From: Dudresnaya verticillata
Taxonomy: Eukaryota
Length of the DNA stretch: 64,000 nucleotides
Direction of reading: 5' to 3'
Assembly: GCA_977862235.1 (NCBI GenBank)
Contig: OZ374557.1
Span: 1,426,001 to 1,490,000, forward strand
Part shown: piece after piece, positions 1-10,412 of the stretch
How the letters are laid out: the number at the start of each line of letters is the position of its first letter
Numbering within the stretch: the first letter of the stretch is position 1
Program-made: the position numbers and the translations under genes
The notes under the pieces: generated by a model
Told to the model about the DNA's origin: nothing
What the model saw: the letters and a program-made list of their open reading frames with translations, nothing else
Databases searched by the model: none

Positions 1-834
1 TCAGCACAACGAGTGTTGTCTACACCCAACTGGGCGTCTGAAATAGCCAAAGCGGCTTCTTGTCTTGAACGGTCGGCGTCCGTTGTAACCTGGTCTAATT
101 CCTGGTGGACCAAGTCTAATTGGTCTCCCAAGGAATCGACCTGGGCTTGTAGGGTCTCGACCCGTTCTTCATCTACTCCTCGAGAGGAGGTTTGTCGACA
201 TCGAGAATCGATCTCTTCTTGGACCTTTACCAACAATTGATCGCCCCGGCGGGCTGTTGAGTCGTCGAAATAACGCTTCACCCTCGAGAGGGTTTCGTCA
301 GCTTGACTCTCGAGCAACGCTCGGACGCTCGTGACGAGAGCATTTTCGATGCCCAATTCAACCATCTGGCCTATCTCGAGTTCTGAGAAACACCATTGGT
401 CGGTCGAATTGGCTTTCGTTCTCATTGGCACCCCTATGTCTGGGGGCAATGATGACTTCGTCACATCTTCTAGGGCCTGTCCGCCCGTCCCGTGCTCGCT
501 AGCCCGACTGATGGGCGGCGGCGGCATACTAGGGTCAGGAGCCTCATTCGCGCTGTAGTTGGCGGCGCTTGCGGAAGCGGTCCTGACCGTGTTTTCTTCA
601 TTCGGGACCTGTCCCTTCTCTGGAACAGGTGTTTCCTCATCTCCTGGAACGCCCGCCATTCGGGGCGGGCGTTCCACTTCTCCTACTAAAGGATTTTGGC
701 CAAGAGCGGCGACGGCCGCACGGGTTCTCGTCCCAATTGTCCTCACGGAGGAAAGACTGCCGGAACGGCTTCCACCACGACTGGTCAATCCCGGTCGGGT
801 GGTCTCGCCGTTGGAAGTCGGCATGTTCAGGTCG
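1..834 (-). CDS. gag: Gag N-terminal part (partial, open at window edge)
   Basis: ATG at 834 reads MPTSNGETT...VPNEENTVRTASASAANYSANEAPDPSMPPPP, in frame across the site where copy A2 is frameshifted. Confidence 0.8.
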
Positions 835-1294
835 GTCTTGTCATCCTAAACGAAGGATATCGGTCCTGTGGTTGCCTGACGGGAAGTTTTTCCAAGTGAG
901 CAATCTTCTTCAGAACCGTCGTTCTCGGGGTTACGGGCGATTCTGGCCACGCGGTCTTTCCGCAATGCGCGCCCGCACAGCCCGTACAAGGACATAAAAT
1001 TTTGTACAGGTATTACGATAACCTGTTGAGGTTCTCCCGGAAGGAGCGTCAATCCGCGACTAGGATGTGCTCGTTGAACTTAATAAACCGCCGCAGCGGT
1101 AGGGGTGCTTGCACTAGATTTGACGTGACTCCAGCGCTTGATATGAAGCTTAGGGACCGTCGTCACCCGGACGACTAGGGTTTCAACGTCAGGTAGTCGA
1201 ACCTTGAGATCTTGCAGGGAGAAAACTCGATCCTTGAAAATTCCAAAGCGATGGACTGACGTTGAGGTAATAAAGGGAACCGACCCAGAACCGA

Positions 1295-1312
1295 TTCTAG
1301 GTCGGGAGACCA
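1295..1312 (-). promoter_or_regulatory. Primer-binding site TGGTCTCCCGACCTAGAA
   Basis: 1 nt from LTR end ...TACTACA; same 18-mer follows the B LTRs, and with one change the D LTR. Confidence 0.9.
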
Positions 1313-1313
1313 C

Positions 1314-1984
1314 TGTAGTAGTATGGCGCGACGAGCCAGTAGCCCGCAAACGGCAATGACAGCTGTCCCGTGAGCGCACACACCCTAACGACGGCAGCTC
1401 AATGGGGAGTTGGTAGAGACTTGAGGGAAAAGGGAAAAAGGCTAGCGTGCCTGAAAGAAAGGGAAAAAAGGGGCGGCGCCACCCTAACACTCGTAGAGTA
1501 CAAAGCCGTACGAGGCTAAAGCTTGTAAAGCACCTGGAAGGGGGAGTACGGTGAGCCCGTGTAGACCAAAGAAAGGGTACAGACCCGAAACCCACCGAAG
1601 GGTTCTATTCAGCAGACCCTTACTAGTCAGGGGCGCAATAAATATGGCGAAGGCCGAAAGCGCCTTCGCCGCTATCCCTATTCTAAGCTATTGAAGTTAG
1701 CGTTAACAAATACAATGAGGTAGTGAGCGGTCGTACTCCGCCCTGCGCACGTAAGGTGCTTATGACTCGGGCGCGCTCCTACGCGTAAGGCCATGGTAAA
1801 TCAGTCAATCACGGCTAGCCATCTCATTGGCGTCATGCTGCTCCCAGCAATGCCATACAGAGTGGCCAGCAATGCATTTAGGCCTTACAGCACACCAGCA
1901 CGTGCAGCGCCTTACAGGCGCATGCCACGCGCAATATTACCCGCGATAGGGCGTTTTCGAAACTTAAGGACCTGGTAACGACAT
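1314..1984 (-). repeat. 5' LTR of A1 (~670 bp)
   Basis: TGTCGTTA...CTACTACA termini on the minus strand; inner boundary fixed by the PBS, outer boundary inferred from TGT and the switch to transposase sequence. Confidence 0.7.
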
Positions 1985-3022
1985 CTCAAGGAGCGGAGAG
2001 CCAGATGTCTGCAGATCTCAGGAACAACATTCGATCTGTAGAGCCACAAAAGATGCTTACGAGGCTGGTGCTTGCGCAGAGGACTCAGTTTCTGCGCAGA
2101 CAGGAAAATGCGATATCGTGTTCTTCGCCCGTCCCAGCTGGGACGGAAAAGCACCTCGCTCGTTTGGCGCAACGGGCTCGTGTGTATCAGGCATCTGTTA
2201 GATTTGTGGACGGAACGTCGCAAATGGAAGCTACTGTGGCAAGTCAGCAGAATGGTACAGTTCTGCGCCATGTGGCACTCAGCAGAAACCGTCAGACGCC
2301 GTCACTATGCTGTGCGTATTCCACAAATGGATCGGGATTCCCATGTTGGCACGGAGGTGCTGTTATTGTTGAGAAGCACGGAGTAGGAAACCTGCATCGC
2401 TTTATTGACAGTAGGCATCTTTCTGCAGCGTGTGTGAAACAATACGAGAACGTGGAGTATAAGCTTCCTTCCCTCCCAACTCTCCGTGGATGAGGTTATA
2501 AGTAATGCGAAGCTGCTTGTCGCAAAGAGGGCAAACCTCCAGATTCCCAAAGCCTTACCGCCACCCCGTGGCCGCCCGGTCAAGAACGCCGGGAAGCGTA
2601 AGAAGAACTGGTACGAGAAAGGCCCTGCTGCGAAGAAAAAGCGCGTGTACAGCTGCTCTCTCTGTCGTCTCACTGACCACACTGTGAAAGATTGCCCTCT
2701 GAAGCAGTTGTACGGGGATACCGCGGAGTAGCACTGCATTGGAGTAGCGCTCTAGTATCCGATTTCACCCCTCTGAGTAAACAAAAGTTGCATTGTCACC
2801 CCCCGTCGTGAACAAAACAATGCACGTCACCGTCGTTACCGGATTTGTCGGATGGGGCTTGAAAATTTTCACCATACTACTTCCAACCAAAAACGCAATG
2901 TCGGATGTGTACTTCATCCAAATCAGCATGTGTCGCCCTTTGATTGCAACAAATGTTCCGATTTCACCCCCGGTTTCCCACAAAATGGGACCCTGTCGCC
3001 CCACTAAATGCGACATTATCTC
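1985..3022 (+). mobile_element. 3' part of a Mutator/MULE DNA transposon with subterminal repeats
   Basis: Transposase remnant followed by repeated TCCGATTTCACCCC (2758, 2957) and TGTCGCCC/TGTCGGA motifs; probable TIR end ...CGACATTATCTC followed by AT-rich AAAACAAAA. Confidence 0.6.
2005..2731 (+). pseudogene. MULE transposase C-terminus (SWIM finger and zinc knuckle), frameshifted near 2490
   Basis: SWIM-like LCCAYSTNGSGFPCWH, PPPRGRP motif, CSLCRLTDHTVKDCP knuckle. Confidence 0.75.
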
Positions 3023-4193
3023 AAAACAAAAAGGTTTCATTTCCAGCATACGTGCGCATACAATGATTGGCTCTCCTTCGTTGCCGTGTACCTTGCGAGG
3101 TTGTTCATAAACGGCCTGTTTTCGCATGTAACGCTCCTGTACCTCCCTGCGCAGTTATATCTACTTTACTGGAAAACCACTTGCTATAGCGTTATATCCA
3201 CGGTGCTGAACGTGCCCTACTCGCACACCGAAGCCGTGCGAAGAAATGTCCGTTTCCTCTCAAGAAGCACACCACTGGCGGACTCCACTGTTTCCGAGGT
3301 TCTCAGTTCCCTGCTTTTGTACAGTACAGTATAATACTTTACATGTAGATATGCGCGTACGACGTCCTTTAGAGCTGTACAAGTCTGTCCAACTTGCCCT
3401 CCCCCCAGCGCGAGCACCTGAGCCTCCCTGTCATTGGAAAACCATAGGGGCACCGTCCACCTAACCAGCAACAGACAGGTCATTGTTCGTAGGGTCTGGG
3501 TCGGGATGAGCAGCGGGTCAGCGTCCGGGTCACAGAAGTTCCGCAACGACATTCGGCGGTCTTCACACGGTAAAGAGCTTCGCTACACGATACAGTATTC
3601 CATGGCGCTCCAAACGTATGTCCACTTGCTTGCCTGCACGGGAAGTACTAACTCGGGTCATAGATGCCATGCAATGTACGTCGTTGATGGCTGGATCCCA
3701 TCTGTAGGCGGTTGTGTCCCGTAGGCGGTTTTGTCCCGCTCCCGGCTGTAGCTAGGAGGGGATACGCTTCTATAGTATCACATCAGCTGAGAAGTGTTGA
3801 GCACTGAGCTTGCTTGCCTGGAGCTAGAGAGGGCCTTGTGACCAAGATGTTGACCGGTGCACCAACGGCAACCTCGCCCCGACTGTCCCGAAGCCACAGC
3901 GTGCTAGAACCTTGCGCAACAGGAACAATTCAATGAAGTGCGGTAATGAGTGCCATTTCACTTTGAGTGGAGAACTTTGATTCATGGAGCGGGAATGCAG
4001 CTGATTCTATTTGAAACCTACCCATGCAGGCACATCCATACAGTATTGTCTTCCTGAATGTCTATGGAACGCATCCATTCCTTGGGCGTTGAAAGCAGAA
4101 ACACGTAGTACTGTACAATCTGGAACAACGTAACAGCAAGACGCCAAACACCACCGACTTTCAGAAGTCGGGGACTTCGTAAGCCTCAGGAAC

Positions 4194-5347
4194 TCAGGAA
4201 ATGAGCTCTGCCCAAGCTGCGAGATCATCCCCGACAGTGTCCCGGAGCTTTTTCAGAGCACTTAGCTCAGCGCGTCGGACCTTCTCCACTCTTACATACA
4301 GAATCCGGCTAACCTCCGCGCGCACCCTCTCAACTCCATCTCTCAAGCCATACTGGAGCAACACAACAGAGCGTTCCAGATCCTCCAAGTTAGTAGCACG
4401 AACAAGGTCAGCAACTGCCTCATGCGTGCACTCCCGCTCCACCTGTCTGGCAACATCTTGCGAGTGGTCAACGAGGAACTCGCGCAGTGTTGTATGAAAG
4501 CCGTCCTGGCACCGGCGAGAGAGCGGCGCATCGATACTCGTCAGGGTCTTGCTTCGGTCGAGGTAAAGCTCTGCCTCGTCCACGTCCACACCGGCCATTC
4601 GCGCAACCTCCTCCACGCTGGTTACTTATTGACATCGTAGTATGCAATGCTCTCTCTCATCTTTCGCATACGGGAGAGTTTATTCAGAACGTGCACCGGA
4701 AGGCGTATCACCCTGCTTTGGTTCTCAATTGCCCTCAATATAGCGTGCTTGATGCTGTAAAATGCGAAAGCGTCGAAAGCATAATCCCGGTGCGGGTTCC
4801 ACCGTTCCACCGTACCGAGCAGGCCACAGACGCCCTCTTGTGCGAGATCGGCAAGGGTGAGAGCGGCACGCATCTCTGGAAATGCGTGCACGTCAGTACG
4901 GTGGGCCTTGCGCGACACAGCAGCCACGAGCCAAAGCCACTTGATTGTGATCTCATTGCGCGCGGAAAACACCGCGCGCCAGTGCTCCAGGTCTGCCGAG
5001 ACGGAGTCGTCCGCGACTGCTGCCAGCGGGACTGCGGACAGGACAGGCGGCTCGGCCCCGAGGCGCTTGCGCAGAGTCTTCCGTGCCGCAGACAGCTTTG
5101 CAGCGCGGCGCGCACGTGCCTGTAGCGTTGGGTCCGGAGTGGTTTGGTGTGTTCTCTTCACACGACGCAGGACAGCCGTGGTGTGCGGCGACGAATATCG
5201 ACTAGGTGCGGTGCGGTGGGTAGAGCCAGAGAACAATGGCATTCTGGGCACCGGTACCGTGAATTCTGGGGATGGTAGCATAATGGGGGGTGATTGTATC
5301 ACAGGTACAGTCATCTCTCGATAAGAGGAACCAGTCCGTGGACCCAA
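4194..5347 (-). pseudogene. Sigma-70 family (nuclear-encoded plastid-type) RNA polymerase sigma factor, frameshifted at ~4620
   Basis: Region 2 ADLAQEGVCGLLGTVERWNP...FAFYSIKHAILRAIENQSRVIRLPVH, region 3 EEVARMAG...SIDAPL, region 4 EKVRRAELSALKKLR; the two halves are in different frames. Confidence 0.85.
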
Positions 5348-6054
5348 GTTGGTTCCTCTAATAAGGGGGTTTCACTTAGGAAAAGGTAGAAAACATTTTA
5401 ATATCAACCTGAAGAGAGTAAACAACCCTCATACCGCACAGTAATTAAAAAATCTACTGGAAGTAGTTCTCTATCCTAGTCTGCCTGGCAGATGTGCATG
5501 ACGCCGCCTTAACAGCCCGCTGTGTCTGCGCAATACAACGTCTAAAGGGCGGCGTGTCCTCCCCATATCTCTCCGCAATTCGCTGGCATATTTTTTTCTG
5601 GAGAATTGTGAGGGTGATAAGCGTCATGGTAGAGTGTCTGGGAGTTAGTCTACTCTAGCGTTGCCGTGAAAGGCGTTTCTGTTAAATAAGGCTACATTTC
5701 AGCTCTAACGCCGTCGTTATCATCGCCTGGAGGCCTTTAACGGTCGTTTTTTTACAATATGAACGTTGTAGTGGTGCCCCTCGGGCGTGAAATGTCGGTT
5801 TCAGATATCGAAAGTGGAACTACTGTTGTTTTTTTGATATAATTTCGCTTCTCCCAAGTGCGGAGACCCGTTTCGGTTTCTGTAATGGGGGGTTCCCGTT
5901 ATGACGGGTTTCACTAATCGAGAGATGACTGTAGTGGCGGCAAAAGCCACCTACGAGGTACATGACTAATCGAAATTTTGAACGGGATGATGAGAACCAC
6001 AAATCGGTGTTTGCGGAGGGGCTTGATCCTATCGGGTTTGGCCCAATGCTGACA

Positions 6055-6261
6055 TGAGAGTACTCTCAGTCGAGAGTAGTTGGGTTTCTTCGTGTTACTT
6101 CGCGAGCACAGGTACGTGATTCGAGCTTTATTGGGGGCCTAGGGAGCACAGGTACAGTACAGTAGTACAGTATTATGCAGCGGAGATTGCAGGCCTGGTC
6201 AGAGTCCTCTGTCGATTTGGACCCATCTTTGTCGCAGAGTCGCACTGTAAGATACCTTACA
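6055..6261. repeat. Short LTR-like unit (207 bp) with hairpins at both ends
   Basis: TG...CA termini; AATAAA and a preceding purine-rich GGCGGCGGGGGCAC on the minus strand; palindrome 6055-6068; hairpin 6242-6265; no second copy in the window. Confidence 0.5.
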
Positions 6262-6706
6262 GTGCCCCCGCCGCCGGCGACCAACGCGCCGTCCGCGCGC
6301 GACGCGCGCGTCCGACTGCAACTGGTTGGGCTACTACAAGCCCCGCTGACCACTGCAGACCACCGCCGCTCCTCGAGAGCACGATCGAAGTAGAAGAGTA
6401 AGCAGCGTTGACGAGAACGTCCGTTGCGTCAGCCGCGGTGGTCTGCCGTAGCCCTCTTCCCTTGCTTCGATAAATCTCGCCCACCTCTCTGGCCCGCTCG
6501 CTCCGCTCGCGCCCCGCTCGCGCCCCTTTCCCCGCGTTCCGCGACCCTGCGCGCCGTGCCCGCAGAGCGGTGATTGTACACCACTCTCACGCCGCGCGCG
6601 CGTGTCGACCGGCTACGGACGACAATCCGGATTCCTACCCGGTTCCACGCGCCGACTTCGTCGCTCAAGATTTTGTTACGATCGTAACCCACACCGTCCG
6701 AAAAAA

Positions 6707-8997
6707 ATGACTGCGAGCACACGCAGTCATACCAAGGCTTCGGCCGCAGACAAGAAGACCTCAAGAAAGGAGTTCAAGACGAAGGCTGCCAACCTAATCC
6801 GCTGCCTCAGGAATTCCAACCTTACTGATGACCTTTCGCAGAAGCTGATCAACGTTGCTATTTCTGTTCCCTCTTCCTACCCGCTTTCAGATGCCCCAGC
6901 GAGCAGTGCAGGAGATTACGAAGAAATGGAAGCCAAGCCTCCTACCGAGATGGCCGCAAGATTTGCGATGGAGCTTCTACCGCTGCCCAAGAAGATCTTC
7001 ACAGAAGACTTCTTCAAGGTGCCTACTTTCCCAGTCAACAGTCTGTTTGAGGTGGCCCGACTGTACGAGTTTGATGATGTCCCCCAACAGTATTGGGACA
7101 AATTCAGCCTCTCAGACACTGAGCAGAAGAACAAAGGACTTGTCAGTCTCGTTTGGTTATGCTTCTTCACTGGATGACGGCTGAGTTCTCCATCGATGCT
7201 GTACGCCAGTTCAAGGCTTGTCGTGGATCTCCGAACCCACTCATGCACCTTCCTTTCCAGAATAATACTGTGAAACGCTCAGTTGCTGAGGAGAGAGAAG
7301 ATACCATCTCCCGTCAAGACCAATAAGCTCCGATGCAACAAGATATCCGAGTGGACAAGAACCAAGTTACAATTCACGGTGTTACCACCAACGTCGCTGA
7401 TCATCCCCGCCATCGCTCGGGAAACAACCAATTTGTTCGTGGCAACAACATGCAGCAGATGTATCCCTCCGCTGCAAACTCGTATGCCCAAACGCGGGAT
7501 GACGATGACGCGCACATGATAACTGGCGTCCCCGATGGGAGTTACTATCCGCGCGCCCCACCAGACCATAACAACGAGAATCACGGTTATCCGAACATGG
7601 TACAGCATCGGTATGGATCCAACGAAGGTCCAAAGAAGTACGGCCCGTCACCTCCCGAGCCCGGTAGTGGCGATCAGCCTCATGGTCCGCCGTTTCAAGG
7701 TTTTGGAAGAGGTTCTCATCGCCCGAACAGGGGACCCCCGCCGAACAACTTCGGAGATGGAGCAGGTCACAACGACCGAGGTCGAAACCCTCCCACCTGC
7801 TTCCCAGATCAACGTCGAGGCTACTCTGCCGACAATGATCGTGACCAGCGCGATGATCCTCGCAAGGTTAACTATGTCCAGCAGATGTTCAAGGGATACA
7901 AGTTCTCCGGACACCTGGCTCAAGACATCCATCAAACCTTCAAGCTGTACGCAGTCTGCTCAAAGCAGTACAATCTCTCTCAGGCACACAAGGCAGAACT
8001 TCTTGTTCATGCATTCGATGGCGCTGCGCGTAAGTTCTACTTTGAACACACGCGAGAGGATATGTCGTATCAGGAGAAGACCTAAGTCATGATGAAGGAG
8101 CATGTTTCCGACGCTCGTCAGCTCCAAGTCAAAGGCACTCTTGAGACTCTTCGTCTCCGGACCTTCATGACCAAGAAGGATATTTCTGATGTCGCACATG
8201 GCTTGACGAAGCTAGTTGAGACAATCAACGAGCTTGTACCGCAATGCCCCAAGGACTTTCGCTCTGATGCTCATAAGGTTGACTACCTCCGCCGAGCAGT
8301 GATTGAGTTCCAAGAATGGTCCCGCATTCCGATACACAACATCACGTCGCAAGGATACAGCTTCAACGCGTTCGTCACCACGCTTCACGAGTCCATCCAG
8401 AATCTTCGTCAGCTGGAGTTGCTCACAAGTGGAGATTCGCGCCAGTCTACCTTCCCAGGACTCACCGAAGAAGACAACCTTCGGCACAGCAACAGTGTCC
8501 AGACTCATATGCTTCACTATGGTCGGAACGCGCGCAAACGCTCGCGCTACGGTTCTAAAGGTGGTAACCCTGGTGCACAACTTCGGAGCCAGCAACGAAA
8601 CAATGCTGCACGCACATTCGCTGATGCTAGACATCGCAATGAGTGCTTTCGCTGTGGTGCTGCCAATTGGAAGCCAGGGCATCGTTGCGCGAAAGGAGCC
8701 ATACAGTCCAACATCCGGGGCCGTATTGCTCGTGGTGAAGATGCCACGCACATCGTTGCTTCTCTTGTCGGAGACATGGAGGAGGAACTCACAAGTTGTC
8801 AGGATCAGGAAGATGCAGACGTCCACTATGGTGAACCAGCAGATTATGAACTAGATCGCTTCGACGCAGCTCTAGCCAACACCGGAATCCAGAACAACTT
8901 CGTAGACCCTATCGAGAACTTGGAAGCGGAGATTGTAACCAACCACATCTCGGCTGGTATGCCGCAGGATGTTTGGATAGGCGACAAGAGCATGTAA
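6707..8997 (+). pseudogene. gag: Copia gag, disrupted (frameshift ~7170, stops at 7324 and 8083)
   Basis: Colinear ORFs 6707-7177, 7333-8085 and 8089-8997; knuckle ECFRCGAANWKPGHRC; lies directly upstream of the protease. Confidence 0.7.
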
Positions 8998-9976
8998 TTC
9001 CTCAGCCTTGTCGCCGACCGAACAAGCGATGGAAGAAGCATCATCGTAAAGCAGTCCCGAGGCACTCCCACCCACCCCAACCCAGCAAGCCACCAGACAT
9101 ATTCATGGTAGACATCCACGTTGGTTCTCTTGGAAAGGAGATACGGAATACAAGACCAGCTGGCTTCTGTGTGGACATTGGGGCTCCAAAGTCTGTCGTA
9201 GGATGCAAAGAGATGCATCGCATCCTTACTGCTGCAGGCATACATTCCCGAGGACTCATACCCTCGCGCAACAGGTTTCGTTTTGCCGACGCCACGTACG
9301 AGTCACTCGGTCGCATTTCCATACCGCTGTTGACCCCACCAGGCATAAGCAACGTCGACGTTGAAATGGACATTGTCCAAGCCAACATCCGACGTCTCAA
9401 CAAGGCTGTAACGTACGCTGTTGATCATCGAGTCCGCCTACGCATCCCACGGTTGAAGTCAGACACCATTAAGGTGGTTGGATTCTCGGACGCCTCTTTC
9501 GCAAACAACACGGATCTCAGTTCCCAGCTTGGCCACGTTGTGATTCTCACTGACGACAGTGGATCTTCAGTCCCGGTCAGCTTCAAGTCGTACAAGTCAA
9601 GACGGGTGACTCGCTCAGCAATGTGTCCGGGAAAGTTATAGCATTCTCCGACATGTTCGACATCGCCATCGCCATCACAGTTGAGCTTGGAGTTCTTCTC
9701 AACAAGACTGTCCCGGTCCAACTTCTAACCGACAGCAAGAGTCTCTTCGACGTCATATCCAAAGGCTCCAGAACATCTGAGAAGAGGATGATGCTTGAAA
9801 TCACTGCGGCACGCGAAGGGTTCCGCGATAAGACGATCTCGGACATCGGGTTTGTCCGCAGTAGCTCCAACATCGCTGATGGCTTGACGAAGATGATGAG
9901 TCAAGCACAGTTGCGAGAAGTTGTTGTTTCCGGTTCGCTAAACATTCAGCCGGAGCAGTGGATCGTTCACAAATAG
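8973..9976 (+). pseudogene. pol: Copia (GalEa-like) pol with protease fused to RNase H; integrase and RT core deleted
   Basis: Protease CVDIGAPKSVVG; RNase H FSDASFANNTDLSSQLG, KSRRVTRS, TDSKSLFD, SEKRMM, NIADGLTK. Confidence 0.85.
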
Positions 9977-10412
9977 CAGATGACCGCATTACTGTTCGCG
10001 CAAAGAAGAAAGAAACTGTCAGTATTCTGAGGCATTTCCGCAAGTCTCGCATTGTTTCGCATACCCACGAACAAGACGAAGACGTTGCCAACACCCCAAG
10101 CGTCCAAGATGGTTGAAGCCCCCCAACCTGCAACTGGGACCCGGCACGAAGCCTTTTGGGCCCCGACCCATACGACGTTTGGATGGCGTAAAGGAATTGG
10201 ACCTCTCCCATTGGGGTTTCCCCCGCAAGGTTGAGCGCGAAGCTGCGGACCGGCACAACATAGGTGTCTTGTAGCCCGCCGCATGGGTCGATCGGCAAGA
10301 AGGAGTGGTAGCAAGCTACCATTTGAGTGAAGACGAGTCCACAAGCGAACCAGGACGCCATAGGGTGCTGCGCGGTCAGGTTCGTTCGTGAGCAGACAAG
10401 ACCGACCTGAAC

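Larger units (their letters stand above)
1..1984 (-). mobile_element. Ty3/Gypsy LTR retrotransposon family A, copy A1: 5' LTR, PBS, leader and start of gag (runs off window edge)
   Basis: 1-842 is a near-identical reverse complement of ~10395-11236; PBS at 1295-1312 abuts an LTR end; the far end joins a MULE transposase remnant. Confidence 0.9.

Noticed and set aside
1295..1312. tRNA gene
   Set aside because: Only the 18-nt 3'-end match is present, with no cloverleaf; it is a PBS
3704..3738. 17-bp tandem duplication GTAGGCGGTT(G/T)TGTCCC
   Set aside because: Two units only; ordinary slippage
4194..5347. Bacterial contamination or recent horizontal transfer of rpoD
   Set aside because: Embedded among eukaryotic transposons with no operon context; nuclear plastid sigma factors are normal in algae
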